Source of the DNA: Rubripirellula sp.
Lineage (GTDB): Bacteria > Planctomycetota > Planctomycetia > Pirellulales > Pirellulaceae
Length of the DNA stretch: 64,000 nucleotides
Assembly (NCBI GenBank): GCA_965216875.1
Contig: OZ244207.1
Location: 1,760,001-1,824,000 of the forward strand
Direction: 5' to 3'
Positions 20,997-31,723 of the stretch are shown here, one piece after another. The notes under the pieces are model-generated. The model was not told the DNA's origin and searched no databases. It saw only the letters and a program-made list of their open reading frames with translations. Position 1 is the stretch's first letter. The number at the start of each line of letters is the position of its first letter. The position numbers were made by a program, and so were the translations under genes.

Positions 20997-21791
20997 ATGC
21001 CCAGCCTTATCCAATCGAGTCGAACGGAACTCAAATTCTCGATTAGCGAGCAGACCGCTGCTGGTATCAAGCAGTATTTGGGTTCGTCATTGCGCAGGGA
21101 CGCAAATGGGACGGGGCACGGCCCCGAAGGCTATCCGGTGTGTAGTGTCTATTTGGACAGCAATGACGCACGTTTGTACGGACAAACCATCGGCGGCAAT
21201 CGCAACCGCTTCAAGTTGCGGGTGCGAATCTATGACGACGACCCGAATCATCCGGCGTTCGCGGAAATCAAACGTCGCGATGGCCAAGTGATCAAAAAGC
21301 AGCGGGCGGCCGTCACTCGATCAGCGGCGTCGGCATTGTTGCGCGGCAGTCATCCGACTCACGATTTGTTGGCTCCTCAGGCATCCAAATCGGGTTCCGA
21401 TTTCAACGCCCTCCAGGAGTTTTGCCGGCTTCGAGACAAGATCGGTGCGATCGGAACGACCTACGTTTCCTACCTACGCGATGCTTATGTATCGCCAGAT
21501 GGCAACGATTGGCGTGCCACCTTTGATCGTCGATTGTGCACGATGCCCTATCGATGCGGCGAGGAGATCACGATCCCTGCGACGCCGTTGCATACCAAAC
21601 ATTACGACACGGTTGTGTTCGAATTGAAGTTCACAGATCGCTTTCCACAGTGGATGGTGGAGTTGGTCCGGACTTTCAACCTCCAACCGGTGTCGTTTCC
21701 GAAGTACGTCAACTGTTTTGACTCGCTAACCCAGCGACATTCGGCCGCAAATCCTCGGCTGCGCAACTATTCTAGACAGTACTCGGTATAG
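20997..21791 (+). CDS. VTC (polyphosphate polymerase) domain protein
   Basis: RTELKF, SVYLDS, RFKLRVRIY, EIKRR, RATFD and ELKF...FPKY. Confidence 0.88.
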   Translation: MPSLIQSSRTELKFSISEQTAAGIKQYLGSSLRRDANGTGHGPEGYPVCSVYLDSNDARLYGQTIGGNRNRFKLRVRIYDDDPNHPAFAEIKRRDGQVIKKQRAAVTRSAASALLRGSHPTHDLLAPQASKSGSDFNALQEFCRLRDKIGAIGTTYVSYLRDAYVSPDGNDWRATFDRRLCTMPYRCGEEITIPATPLHTKHYDTVVFELKFTDRFPQWMVELVRTFNLQPVSFPKYVNCFDSLTQRHSAANPRLRNYSRQYSV

Positions 21792-21830
21792 TCGCCCTTT
21801 CCCCTCCTTTTCTCGTTCGGTGTGTTCGCA

Positions 21831-22526
21831 ATGGTTCAGTGGATCGATGCATTTATGCAAACGGATCGATCCTATTCCGGAGAAACGTTGGCGTCGGTTC
21901 TGTTCACGTTTCTTCTCGCCTTTGTGATTGGCCAGATTGTCGGCTGGGTCTACCAGCGGACTCACCGAGGACTTTCCTATTCGCAATCGTTCGCCGCCAG
22001 CATGGTCGTGCTGCCGGTTTTGGTGGCGATGATGATGTTGTTGATGGCTGACAACTTCACGATCGCATTCGGCTTGCTTGCCGTTTTCGCCGTCGTTCGA
22101 TTTCGCAACGTCCTCAAAGACACGCGCGACACAATCTACGTGCTGTGGGCCATCATCGAAGGGATGGCGGCAGGCACCGGCAAATCATCCCTTGCGGTCG
22201 TTGGCGTTGTCATCGTTGCCGTGATCATGTTTTATCTTTCGGCAACCCGCTACGGTGCTCGGCGACAGTACGACACGATCGTCTCGCTGTTTTGTGTCGG
22301 AGGCCGCAGTGGATTGACCGACGTGGTCCAGCAGGTCCTGGCAAGGCATTGTCTGACAACCCAGCTTGCGTCGATCCAGGAGTTGGGTGGCGAGAGCTTT
22401 GACATGTCCTACCGACTCGCACTGCGCGACCCGAATCGTCGTGGCGAGTTGGAATCGGAACTGCGTGAACTCGATTCAGTCGAACGCGTTTCGGTCTTTG
22501 CCCATGATGACGAATCGGAGGTCTAG
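21831..22526 (+). CDS. DUF4956 membrane protein
   Basis: YSQSF and AFGLLAVFAVVRFRNVLKD; usual neighbour of a VTC gene. Confidence 0.85.
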   Translation: MVQWIDAFMQTDRSYSGETLASVLFTFLLAFVIGQIVGWVYQRTHRGLSYSQSFAASMVVLPVLVAMMMLLMADNFTIAFGLLAVFAVVRFRNVLKDTRDTIYVLWAIIEGMAAGTGKSSLAVVGVVIVAVIMFYLSATRYGARRQYDTIVSLFCVGGRSGLTDVVQQVLARHCLTTQLASIQELGGESFDMSYRLALRDPNRRGELESELRELDSVERVSVFAHDDESEV

Positions 22527-22529
22527 CCG

Positions 22530-23831
22530 ATGGCGTCATCAAACAAGAAAGTCGCAATCCCGATTGGCGTTCGAGTACGCTACCTCACGACACGTTGGCT
22601 CAAAGGCTTGCTGTTTGTCGCCAGTGTCGCCGCCCTCGGTTTTCTTTGGATGCGGCGCAGTCCTGGGATTGTCATTCGCGGCAAGGTCGAAGCGATCACC
22701 TTTACGGTGCCGGCCAGTGGTGACGGGATCTTGCTTGCCATCGATTCGCCTCCCGCGCCCTTTGATCGCGTCGAAAAGAACGAAAGCCTGATCGCTCGTT
22801 TGGACGTCACCAACGAGTTGATGGAAATGCAGGTCCTGACGGAAGAACGCGCACGCTTGCAGGCGGTCGTCGATGCCGAAGCCCAGCGTCTTGAATTGCA
22901 GACATGGCAAACGAGTCTCGATTTGCGCGGCCAAGAACTGACCTTTCAACGTAACCTCACGTCCATTCGCGGGCAGCTCGATCAGTTGCAACGCGAGCAG
23001 AACGATTTGCGTCAACGGCAACGTTCAGCCGAAATACGCAAGGCCGAGATCGAAACGGTGATCGCCTCGCTTGAAGTCGATGCGAAGCATTTAAGGAACG
23101 AGAAGGATCGACTCGTCGATTTGGCGTCACGACGATTGACGCCGGGTTACCGGGTCGATCAGGTTGCCGATCAGATTACCGCCAAAGAACTCGAAGTCGC
23201 TGATCAACGCCGACTGATTCAGCGGATCGACCAGCAATTGTCTGAAATTGTCGGCGAGTCAAATGAGGTTGCTGGTCGACATGCGGCACTGGTCACCTCG
23301 CTTCAAGCTCTCCAGCAGCGGCCGACATTGGACGTTTCGATCGACCAACCAAAATCGGATCTCGATATCTCTCTTGCCCCACTCCTAAACGCATTGAAGG
23401 TGCACGATTCCAAGGTTCGACAGCTTGCAACGCGGATCGCAGCCAACGAAATCGTCGCCCCGGTGTCGGGAATGATCTCTCAAGTTCATTTCCCGCCCGG
23501 GACCTTCGTGCGCAGTGGGGATCCAATCGTGACCATTTCGTCGGACCAATCGGAATGGATCGTCGCCTATGTCGAACCGAGCCTGACAGGGCAGCTTCAA
23601 CCCGGTGCACCTTTGAAGGTTCGTATTGCCCGCGACAAGCCTCTTATTGTGGATGCGTCGGTCAAAGAGCTGGGCACGCAAGTCGAATTGATGCCCGAGC
23701 CGCTGCGGCGCAACGCGGAAGTGTTGCAATGGGGGTTGCCGGTCAAGGTCGCCATTCCTGAGGGCGTGAACCTCTTGCCGGGCGAGATGGTCGACCTGCT
23801 TGTGCCGGGAACGCAACAAGAATTGTTCTAG
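22530..23831 (+). CDS. HlyD-family membrane fusion protein
   Basis: TM anchor, long coiled coil, IVAPVSG...PGTFV..GDPI and LLPGEMV. Confidence 0.85.
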   Translation: MASSNKKVAIPIGVRVRYLTTRWLKGLLFVASVAALGFLWMRRSPGIVIRGKVEAITFTVPASGDGILLAIDSPPAPFDRVEKNESLIARLDVTNELMEMQVLTEERARLQAVVDAEAQRLELQTWQTSLDLRGQELTFQRNLTSIRGQLDQLQREQNDLRQRQRSAEIRKAEIETVIASLEVDAKHLRNEKDRLVDLASRRLTPGYRVDQVADQITAKELEVADQRRLIQRIDQQLSEIVGESNEVAGRHAALVTSLQALQQRPTLDVSIDQPKSDLDISLAPLLNALKVHDSKVRQLATRIAANEIVAPVSGMISQVHFPPGTFVRSGDPIVTISSDQSEWIVAYVEPSLTGQLQPGAPLKVRIARDKPLIVDASVKELGTQVELMPEPLRRNAEVLQWGLPVKVAIPEGVNLLPGEMVDLLVPGTQQELF

Positions 23832-23874
23832 CCGCGCCGGCAGACGATTCCTGCAACCAGAGGCTTCGCATCCT

Positions 23875-23980
23875 AACACTCTCCCATGGGAGAGTCGGGC
23901 TCTCAGGCCCGGAGAGGGTTTGTCTAGACTGTTCCCTCCCCGGACTTTGCGTCCGACCCTCCCGCACGCAGGAGGGTGAT
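23875..23980 (-). repeat. REP-like element between the convergent HlyD and TolC genes
   Basis: Near-identical to 9922-10032. Confidence 0.85.
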
Positions 23981-24052
23981 TGTTTGAGTGCACGTTAACC
24001 TGGGCAAACATTGCACCTCATGGCCCGTAACTCCAAGCCGCGACACGGTGCT

Positions 24053-25609
24053 CTATCGACGGTGCTTTAGCCGCGCGAATTGGTACGCGAGTTCGAGCTC
24101 GTCGCTCAGACGTTGTGCGATGGCAATTTCGAGACGCAGGGCTTGCTGGCCGGTAAGAAGCTGTTGGTTCCTTTCGTCCGCAAGAAAGGTGCGTTGTGTG
24201 AGCACAAACGGGTCTTCGCGGTATTGCGAGATCTGCGCGGCCAGCACAGTAAGCTCTTGATGTCGGCGGCGAGCGAGCGCCGCGATTTCAGAACGCAACC
24301 GCTGCGACTCCTGGCGTCTGCCCTTGAGCAGCGCTGCCGATTCCGCAATCTGGCCTTGCCGCTTATCGTGGACCGGCAAGTCGGTCTGAAACCGCGCACC
24401 AATAAAGTCGTCGTCTTCGCCGAGCCGGTCCTGATAGAGCGGCCCGATTTCTTTTTCGACGCGAATCGCTCGCTGCAATCGGTAGTCCCAACATCTCACG
24501 TCGACCTCGGCGTTCGCTGCAGCCAGGTTGAGAGACTGTGCAATCGCAGTTTGAACCATCTCCTCTTCCGTTGGAAGGTCGAGCTCAAGTTGGTCGAAAT
24601 CAAATGCGACGGTCGGGGCGTGCGGGAAGTTGATGGCGATAGCAAGTCGTGATTGGGCGGCGATCAACGCACGTTCGGTTTCGAATCTCGCGGCGATGGC
24701 GTCTTGGGTCTCGAGTTGAGCGGCAACATGGTCGACAACATTGGCGCCCGGCTCACCCTCGACCAGCTCGGGGCGGGTCTGTTCGATTCGGCGCTCAGCC
24801 AATTGTTCGACGTGCTTTTGGAGTTCCAGTCGTCGTTGCAGGTAGGCGACTTCGATCCCGGCAAGCATCGCCTCGTCCGTTGCCCGCTCGACCGCAGCGG
24901 CGAACGTGAGTTGTGCCTGAGTGATCGCCATTCGCGCGGTTTGGCAGCGGATCGACCGAGCGCGAGACGTTCCGAATGGGAACGTGAGGCGAGTCGAGAT
25001 TTCGGTCGGGTCGTTGCGATCATAGATCGGCGTTTCCACATCGAAAACGAACTCGGGGTTCTCTTTTGTCTGGGCCGCGATCAGTTGCGCGCGTGCAACG
25101 TCGATCTGTTGTTGCGCCGCAATCACCTGAGGGTCATGGTCTTGCGCAAAGGCAACGATTTCTTGCAGCGTGTATGCGGACGACTCGATAACGTCGATCG
25201 GCGCTGCGTCTGCGGGTTCCATGCGTTCTGGTGCAGAAACATCCGTCTGCCCAAAATTCGCTGCGACTGGATTTGCTGCGACTGGATTTGAAGAGTCGCC
25301 CGCGGCTAGCGGATCGGCGCTGGCGATGAGATCGGCAAAGGCGGAACCAAGCGACTCATCCGCTTGCTGGTCGTTCGTTGGTCCTTCACTGATTTCGGAG
25401 TCGCCCAATGCGGCTGCCACGTCAACCAACTCGCCAGTGTCTGTGGTCGCCACTTCTTCAACGACTGCGGGCTGTGCTGATTCGGTCACGCCCAGTTGGC
25501 TGGCGGTGAACAGCGTTGCCATGCACCCAGGCGCACTGATGCTTAGCGCAGCAAGCAACACGAGCAGCGGCGTCGGTTTCGATCTATGTGGGCGGTGCGA
25601 GTTCGGCAT
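24053..25609 (-). CDS. TolC-like outer membrane efflux lipoprotein
   Basis: Lipobox APGC and OEP-like repeats (TLQEIV..A..HDP, ARAQL...NP, DLPVHD..QG.I). Confidence 0.75.
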   Translation of the reverse strand: MPNSHRPHRSKPTPLLVLLAALSISAPGCMATLFTASQLGVTESAQPAVVEEVATTDTGELVDVAAALGDSEISEGPTNDQQADESLGSAFADLIASADPLAAGDSSNPVAANPVAANFGQTDVSAPERMEPADAAPIDVIESSAYTLQEIVAFAQDHDPQVIAAQQQIDVARAQLIAAQTKENPEFVFDVETPIYDRNDPTEISTRLTFPFGTSRARSIRCQTARMAITQAQLTFAAAVERATDEAMLAGIEVAYLQRRLELQKHVEQLAERRIEQTRPELVEGEPGANVVDHVAAQLETQDAIAARFETERALIAAQSRLAIAINFPHAPTVAFDFDQLELDLPTEEEMVQTAIAQSLNLAAANAEVDVRCWDYRLQRAIRVEKEIGPLYQDRLGEDDDFIGARFQTDLPVHDKRQGQIAESAALLKGRRQESQRLRSEIAALARRRHQELTVLAAQISQYREDPFVLTQRTFLADERNQQLLTGQQALRLEIAIAQRLSDELELAYQFARLKHRR

Positions 25610-26093
25610 CGGGAGGCGGCGTGTCTAGAATCTCAATGTGCCGGTTAACCAATTGAGAAGTCCGCCGTCAAGCCGAATTGAGTTTCACGCTTCTTGTGGG
25701 CGATGAGTTTGGTCGCGAGCGTAAAGTCGGGGTGGAAATTCGATCGACCAACCAGTAGCGAGCGACCGTCCCATCCGGGTTCGCATGCAACTGTTCCATG
25801 CGACGTGGGAATGATCTGACTGCAATCGTGCCGTAGCTACGCTCGCCAGAGCGTGGTGTGCGGAGTGCGGTCGTCTAAAGCGTCACCACCTCAGGCGAAA
25901 GTAGCTGCGTGTAAGGACACGCTACTTTCGCGGAGCGAAAGGCGACAAACAATGAACGGGTAACAATCCAGGCACCTCGCCTGACTCATTGCTGTTGTTC
26001 CTGTGGAGCGATTGGGTTCAGCATTGCTTGACGGCGGTGCGTGTTGCCGCGTGCGAAAACGGGTGAATTGGCGGCTACGCATTCATGCCGTTG

Positions 26094-26792
26094 TTACGTG
26101 CCTTGCAAAGGGAGGTCGCCGTGATCGAGGTCGTAGGCTTGCACATTTTTGACAGCTTGAACGATGTTCGATCCGTGTGCAACTAGCTCTTCCATGCCAG
26201 AAGCCGCTAACACATTCTCTTTGTGCATGAGGATCGCAGTGCCATGGTCTAAATCCCAACCGGTTTGGAACTCGAAAGAGCTGAATCCGCAATCGTCGAG
26301 ACCGTCGTCGACGAGCCCGATACGGACTAGTTTGTACAAATGGTCTACTGCAGTGGCGTCATTCCAATCGATGTCGTCCTGGATCTTCTTCCAGTAGTTC
26401 TGTGTGCGACGATCGGTCGGCAGGTCCTCGTCGAGGAACTGTTGCAGAGCCTTCTTGTGCTGCGCGAACAGTTTTCGGCGTAGATTTGTTTCGAGAATTG
26501 CGGTGTTCTCAAGGAGGAAATGCCAGCTTTGCTCTTGGATTTCGCAAAACCCATTTCCTGCGCTCGAGTACATGACGACTTCAACGCAGTCGCTTACATC
26601 TCGGGCCGAAGGGCAGCTCGGGTCGCACGAGGGTTGTTTTCGCTCCAACTTCAGTTTGGAGTAATGCGGGTACGGTGGGGCGTGCGAAACAATTGCTTCT
26701 CGCAACAGTGGTTTCTCCGTCCGCCACAATCGCCTGAAGTCGGACATGTCAGGATCAGGATCTGGCTGGAATCGTTCGTGAAACGCATTCAT
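26094..26792 (-). CDS. hypothetical, probable decayed cassette gene (WDxDHG motif)
   Basis: Stop lies in ACGTAAC followed by a half-attC-like sequence. Shares WD..H with 40380-40787. Confidence 0.65.
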   Translation of the reverse strand: MNAFHERFQPDPDPDMSDFRRLWRTEKPLLREAIVSHAPPYPHYSKLKLERKQPSCDPSCPSARDVSDCVEVVMYSSAGNGFCEIQEQSWHFLLENTAILETNLRRKLFAQHKKALQQFLDEDLPTDRRTQNYWKKIQDDIDWNDATAVDHLYKLVRIGLVDDGLDDCGFSSFEFQTGWDLDHGTAILMHKENVLAASGMEELVAHGSNIVQAVKNVQAYDLDHGDLPLQGT

Positions 26793-26811
26793 CGACTGAT
26801 CTCTGACAAAA

Positions 26812-27537
26812 CTAAAAATAGGTGGCGATGAAGTTGACGGCAACGTGCACGAGCATGATGTAAACAATACTTCCGGTCCATTGCCGAATGATTCCCATAA
26901 GGCAGGCACCCAAAAAGGTGTACGCCAATTGGAACCAAATGAATGATCCGATTCCGTAGGCAACTCCGGGGATGTGCCAGATTGAAAAACACGATGCGGT
27001 CAGCAGGATGCATCGATTGATCTTGATCGACTCAGTGATTGTCCCCGGAAAATGAATGGAGAACCAGCGATACAGGTAGCCAGCGAAAAATAGATCCTGC
27101 GCCGGCGGCGATATCAACCAAATCGCAATCGGCCCGCCGCTGAATGGTTTGGACGGCAAGAACGGGTAAACGAGGGCCGTTATACCGATCGGTGTGACGC
27201 ATAACCCCAACAATCGGGGCCACTTTTTCCGGAGGTTGTCACCCAGGCGTAGCCCATATCCGGTCGGGTCATGAGCGACAAGAGCGATCGCGAAAATCAG
27301 GAACAGCAGTTGCTCCGAATTGACAGTGCCGAGCGTCTTAACCAATGGCCACTCGAAGTACTTAGCCATACCAACAAGCCAAGCTGGCAGCGCGTGCGAC
27401 GAGAACACAAGCACGATCGCCAAGGTTAGAAAACCGACCGGTTGCCTTTGTGGTACCTCTTTCAGCACTTTGCTTCCCTGCAAATCGAAACATTTTGGCC
27501 AAACGGTAGGTGTCACCGACGCCCGCGAGTTGAGCAT
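26812..27537 (-). CDS. CPBP/Abi-family intramembrane metalloprotease-like protein
   Basis: Q-D-L-F-F-A-G (degenerate EExxxRG), FSIWH and MLVHVAVN. Start uncertain. Confidence 0.65.
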   Translation of the reverse strand: MLNSRASVTPTVWPKCFDLQGSKVLKEVPQRQPVGFLTLAIVLVFSSHALPAWLVGMAKYFEWPLVKTLGTVNSEQLLFLIFAIALVAHDPTGYGLRLGDNLRKKWPRLLGLCVTPIGITALVYPFLPSKPFSGGPIAIWLISPPAQDLFFAGYLYRWFSIHFPGTITESIKINRCILLTASCFSIWHIPGVAYGIGSFIWFQLAYTFLGACLMGIIRQWTGSIVYIMLVHVAVNFIATYF

Positions 27538-27752
27538 ACCCGATCAAGTCTTGTCACGTTGTGAGCGAATGTTCAATTTCGGGAAAGTCGGTTTGGGAAC
27601 ACAGGCAAAGGTACTACGATGAATCTTCATCAACGGGAAGCTGATTGAACAGTTCGGTATCCCTGTAGCGAAACGCATGACAACAGTTTGATGCCTGGTA
27701 CGCAATGGTGCAAGAAAGCTCACCCGGACCGCCGATCGGGGGCAATTGATCG

Positions 27753-28421
27753 TTATGTGGCTCTGAGTCCATAAAGCGTGTTGCCGCGTTTGCTGACAAT
27801 CGTATCGATCTGGCCAGCCGCTAAAAGGAGGCGAAGGCGTTTGTCGATCTGGCTCGTGTTCCAATTTGCAAGTGATTCGAATCCTTTTCTTTTTGCGCCC
27901 CAATTGCGAATTCGCGGTGCGTTGAAGAACTGTCCGTAATACCGTTCAAAGAACTCCATTATCTTCTGAGACAACTCATCCTCAAGCATCACGCTTTCTG
28001 CGTCTCGGCGCGTGACCTCAGTTGGTGCAGATCCACTCGCATGCTTGAGTTCCGCTACCGCATTCTTGAGTTCCTCTACTTGGAGCTCCAGCGGTGCGAG
28101 GACTGCGTTGTGTTCTCTGTTTTGTTCCGCGAGCGCATCCTGAAACTCAACGGGCCCAACTTTGGAAAACACGCGAGCCACTCGAAGCCACGGAATGTTG
28201 ACGAATAGGATCGCGATGATCGACCAAAAGGCAATGGAATCGAGACCGAGATTGTGGATGTGTTCGGCGTCCTCCGGTCTTTGATACGCCGCTTTGTAAA
28301 TGGGGATCGCTGCGGACACAAAAAAGATGGCGAAAACCACACTGACGATGGCGCGAATCGGAGCGGATAAGATCGCTAGATTCGACTGGTTGTTGAGTTG
28401 GTCTTCTTGCGTTCCGTCCAT
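27753..28421 (-). CDS. hypothetical membrane protein, probable decayed cassette gene
   Basis: Two TM helices and a coiled coil; stop within an ACATAAC R''-like core. Confidence 0.7.
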   Translation of the reverse strand: MDGTQEDQLNNQSNLAILSAPIRAIVSVVFAIFFVSAAIPIYKAAYQRPEDAEHIHNLGLDSIAFWSIIAILFVNIPWLRVARVFSKVGPVEFQDALAEQNREHNAVLAPLELQVEELKNAVAELKHASGSAPTEVTRRDAESVMLEDELSQKIMEFFERYYGQFFNAPRIRNWGAKRKGFESLANWNTSQIDKRLRLLLAAGQIDTIVSKRGNTLYGLRAT

Positions 28422-28743
28422 CGCCCTACTCCTAGCGGCCCACGTGAGCGCGGCCTGTGAGTTGAAGATTCACGATTGAAGAAGTGGGCAAGTTGCCCGT
28501 TTCTCGTTCACGCATCCCAATTGTGGACTTCGTCCGGATGGCATGAGTCGCAGACGTAATCGACTCCGGAATCGTGCAATCGTCATCAGGGAATCGGGAT
28601 GAAGATGGTTTAATGTCCCGAATTGGCGATCGTACCGCAAGTCATTAGCGTTTGCTCCCTTTCGGGTACGGGCAGCGATCACGCGCAGCTTAGGAGAACA
28701 AACCTTCAACTCAAAGTGAATGGCGCTGCTACCACGGTAGCAG

Positions 28744-29169
28744 CTACTCATTTCGGATCAAAGCTTCAATATCCATCGCCGATGCGACATAGACTGGCGG
28801 TTTTTCGTCCGTCCCCCGATCAATTGGGTTGTAGTTTCGATACGTGCGGATGCGCCACTGCTCAATGAGTTGCTTTTCGTTCTCGGGGAGGCTTTGCCAG
28901 TTCTCCCTGATCACAGCATTGTGCCATTCGTGAATCGGTTTCGCGTTGTCGCGGGAATTCAATCCTCGCCAAGTTGGCACGTCATATGGCCAGTATGGCA
29001 AAAACTCAAAGGCCACGCACGGTTCATGGGTTACGGAAACCCAAAGACCGTCGCACGTGGTGCAGCGTTTGATTTCGTTCCAATTGCCAGTTTCAACCTC
29101 ATCCAACTTGGGGAGTTTGCCGAAGGTCCAAAGCAGCCGCTGAGGTGCTTGGCAGTTGCTACAGCTCAT
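28744..29169 (-). CDS. hypothetical Cys-motif protein (cassette-derived)
   Basis: CSNC and CTTC motifs; preceded by a GTTATGC core at 29199. Confidence 0.65.
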   Translation of the reverse strand: MSCSNCQAPQRLLWTFGKLPKLDEVETGNWNEIKRCTTCDGLWVSVTHEPCVAFEFLPYWPYDVPTWRGLNSRDNAKPIHEWHNAVIRENWQSLPENEKQLIEQWRIRTYRNYNPIDRGTDEKPPVYVASAMDIEALIRNE

Positions 29170-29490
29170 GATCTTGGTGTCCGACTCTTGAGGCATAACG
29201 GCGGCAAGGAAATCGTGTAACGAATCATTGACCAGTTCCGGGGCTACTGAGCCAAATGGGTCATGTCCGCACTGGAGCTGACGCAGTGGTCCAGCCACGA
29301 TCGTTGCCAACCATTTGACTTCAGCGATCGAGGATTAGATTTTGAGCGCCATCTAGGTATTCTCTGAAGACTGTGCGGATTCCTTTCTTCGCCGAGAGGC
29401 TGGCTACGTGAGTTTGTTTGCAGCTTCCGTTTGTCTCAAAACAAATAAAGTAATACCGGTGGCGGGTTTTTGTGGTTGCAGCCTACCATG

Positions 29491-29910
29491 TTACAGACCT
29501 TCAGAAAACGAAAAGTCCGGCTCGGCGTATTCATCAACGTCCGGTCTGCAAAATGCAAAGTGATCGGAGAGGCCTTCGATCAGTCGCGTACTGAATCGCA
29601 AGACTCGCATCCTCGAACCTTGCGGCGTTGCCTCTTCGCGAACCGTTATTGAGTGATTGGCGTCATGCGCCCAGGAGCGGGTGACCACGCGGCCATCACA
29701 ATGATAGGCGAGGTCTCCGACAACGTGGATTGTGCGGTCGTCAAGGATCGACCAATGGAAGGACCAGGCGTTGCACAGAACTGGATTGTGAAAGTCGAGT
29801 CGCCCCTTCCCGTCTTCGAAGAAGATCAGCACGTCATCCGACTGCGCGCCTGGGCCGTACATGGCATCGGCACTCCAAAGACCAACCAAGTCGGAGGGAA
29901 TCAACGTCAC
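29491..29910 (-). CDS. hypothetical protein (cassette-derived)
   Basis: 139-aa ORF downstream of a truncated attC at 29931-29986. Confidence 0.65.
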   Translation of the reverse strand: MTLIPSDLVGLWSADAMYGPGAQSDDVLIFFEDGKGRLDFHNPVLCNAWSFHWSILDDRTIHVVGDLAYHCDGRVVTRSWAHDANHSITVREEATPQGSRMRVLRFSTRLIEGLSDHFAFCRPDVDEYAEPDFSFSEGL

Positions 29911-30007
29911 GATCTTTGTTGCTCTCGTTGGTGGAACGACGTCAGCACGCCACGGTCACGTGCTTCGGTTCTTGTGATGGTTCTCGCATGTTACAAGAAC
30001 GGATCTG

Positions 30008-30913
30008 TTAGGGGCGAAGATCCCGTTCCTCGATGCAATGCAGTTTTGGGACGTCCGAGATTTCGATGACGTACGACCAGCGATTTGTGCGATCGTAGTC
30101 GAACGCATGTCCCTTGATCGTTGCTTTTCGGCCAACGTATTGCGACATTGAACCATTCTTGGCAGCAACTACGACCGCGTCACCTAATTCGTAGGCTGGA
30201 AGCACGCCCATGGAACGCCCCCAGTCAAGCGGCTCAATAGAAAGGAAGATGTCGCGAACGCCTTCGAGCGGAGCTTGGGATTGCACGTTGACGTGGGCGA
30301 AATCGTCGTGCTCACTCCAGTCATCACCGATTGTTTGCTGCAGAGATTGAAAAGCCTCGGTCGGGTGGTTACGCGGCGAAAAGGCCCAACGGTACTCGTC
30401 AATCCCCGGGATCTTTGCGTAGTTGAATCCGTTCAGCCAGCTGATCCCCGCGGGTGGATCCGATACAAAGTAAGGAAGCCGCTCATAGGCTCCGTCCTCG
30501 TAGTCCTTGTAGAGTCGGAACAACGCATCTGAATCAGAAAACGCAAGGTGATCGGCAAGTTGCTGAAACTCGTCCGATGGCGCATCTAGATCGCTGTCAA
30601 TCGCTGAAACTAACAACCGTGCGGCCAACTGTTTCTCATTCCGCGCGAATTCCCACAGCATGTAATTGTTCTCAACGGAGCATTCGACAAACACGGGCGT
30701 TCGATCGATAAACCAATGTTTGAGGACACCGAAGTAATGGGGTCCCGTGCCAGCTCGCTCGAGCACCGGGACGAAGCAAGGAGGGAATGCTCGCTCGTCG
30801 TTCAGTTGACTGTAGCTATCGGCCACGGCGGGATGACCATCGACGGGTAGACGCTGAATCCAGCTGGCGAATCCGAGATCGTTAAGTACGCCGGGATATG
30901 GGTTCATATTCAT
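30008..30913 (-). CDS. hypothetical, possibly fused cassette ORFs
   Basis: 301-aa ORF between degenerate attC remnants (about 31000 and about 29980). Confidence 0.55.
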   Translation of the reverse strand: MNMNPYPGVLNDLGFASWIQRLPVDGHPAVADSYSQLNDERAFPPCFVPVLERAGTGPHYFGVLKHWFIDRTPVFVECSVENNYMLWEFARNEKQLAARLLVSAIDSDLDAPSDEFQQLADHLAFSDSDALFRLYKDYEDGAYERLPYFVSDPPAGISWLNGFNYAKIPGIDEYRWAFSPRNHPTEAFQSLQQTIGDDWSEHDDFAHVNVQSQAPLEGVRDIFLSIEPLDWGRSMGVLPAYELGDAVVVAAKNGSMSQYVGRKATIKGHAFDYDRTNRWSYVIEISDVPKLHCIEERDLRP

Positions 30914-31178
30914 TGCAAATTGCAGCCAAAATTATCGGGTTGCCGCCAGGGAAGCTGATTGCAGATTTGGCCTGTCCGGCATTTTCGGTGCATTTCTTTG
31001 TTATGCCGATTCTGGTTGACCGTGACAGTCTTCAATTGGCCCCGGCCAGAACAGGCCGCTGAACTGAAACACCCAATACTTTGAAGTGCAATGCAGGCAA
31101 TGGAACAGAGACGTTGCTGGGAGAGTCAGGTTTCCAATTGAAAAAACACGCAAGCCCGGCTGCGTGTGAATGCGGTGG

Positions 31179-31613
31179 TTATCCGCCGTCTGTTGTTGAC
31201 GGCAAAGACTCGATTGCATGTTGAATCCGTGCTCCGTAGCGTCGAATGTATTCGCGATCTGAATCAATGGCAATGGATGCAGCAAGCTCAAGTCTGTCAG
31301 GCGAGAATCGAATCGCCATCGAAAGCTGGTCAAAGAACTGTTCGTAGAAGTACCCGCCCAGCAAACGGTCAACTATTGCACCGACTAGTCGGTCGCAGTC
31401 GTCGGGTGAGGGAGGGTGGTTCTTGAAATGACGGCAAAGTTTCGCACGAGCGCGGTTGTGCCAGTAACCGAAGCTCTCTGCGGTCACAAAGAAAATCGAG
31501 CGAGAGATCGCGTCACCATCGCCCCGTTTCACGTCAGCGATCAAACATTCGAGATCGGTCTTGGAAAGTGACCGAATCCAAATTGAGGCGTACGAGGGTC
31601 GTATCGTCGTCAT
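31179..31613 (-). CDS. cassette hypothetical protein (paralog of 34013-34447)
   Basis: 144 aa with 4 substitutions versus the other copy; stop in GGATAAC. Confidence 0.75.
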   Translation of the reverse strand: MTTIRPSYASIWIRSLSKTDLECLIADVKRGDGDAISRSIFFVTAESFGYWHNRARAKLCRHFKNHPPSPDDCDRLVGAIVDRLLGGYFYEQFFDQLSMAIRFSPDRLELAASIAIDSDREYIRRYGARIQHAIESLPSTTDGG

Positions 31614-31634
31614 TCGAGCAACAGGGTTTCAGAC

Positions 31635-31723
31635 GGATAAAGGTGGCCAAAACCAGGATCGCCCAATGTGTTATCTACTTGGAACCGCGTCATGGCGATC
31701 TCCCGGGCAATTCATGGTTCGTC
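31635..31723 (-). repeat. attC, degenerate
   Basis: R'' GACGAAC; R' mutated to TTTATCC. Confidence 0.7.
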
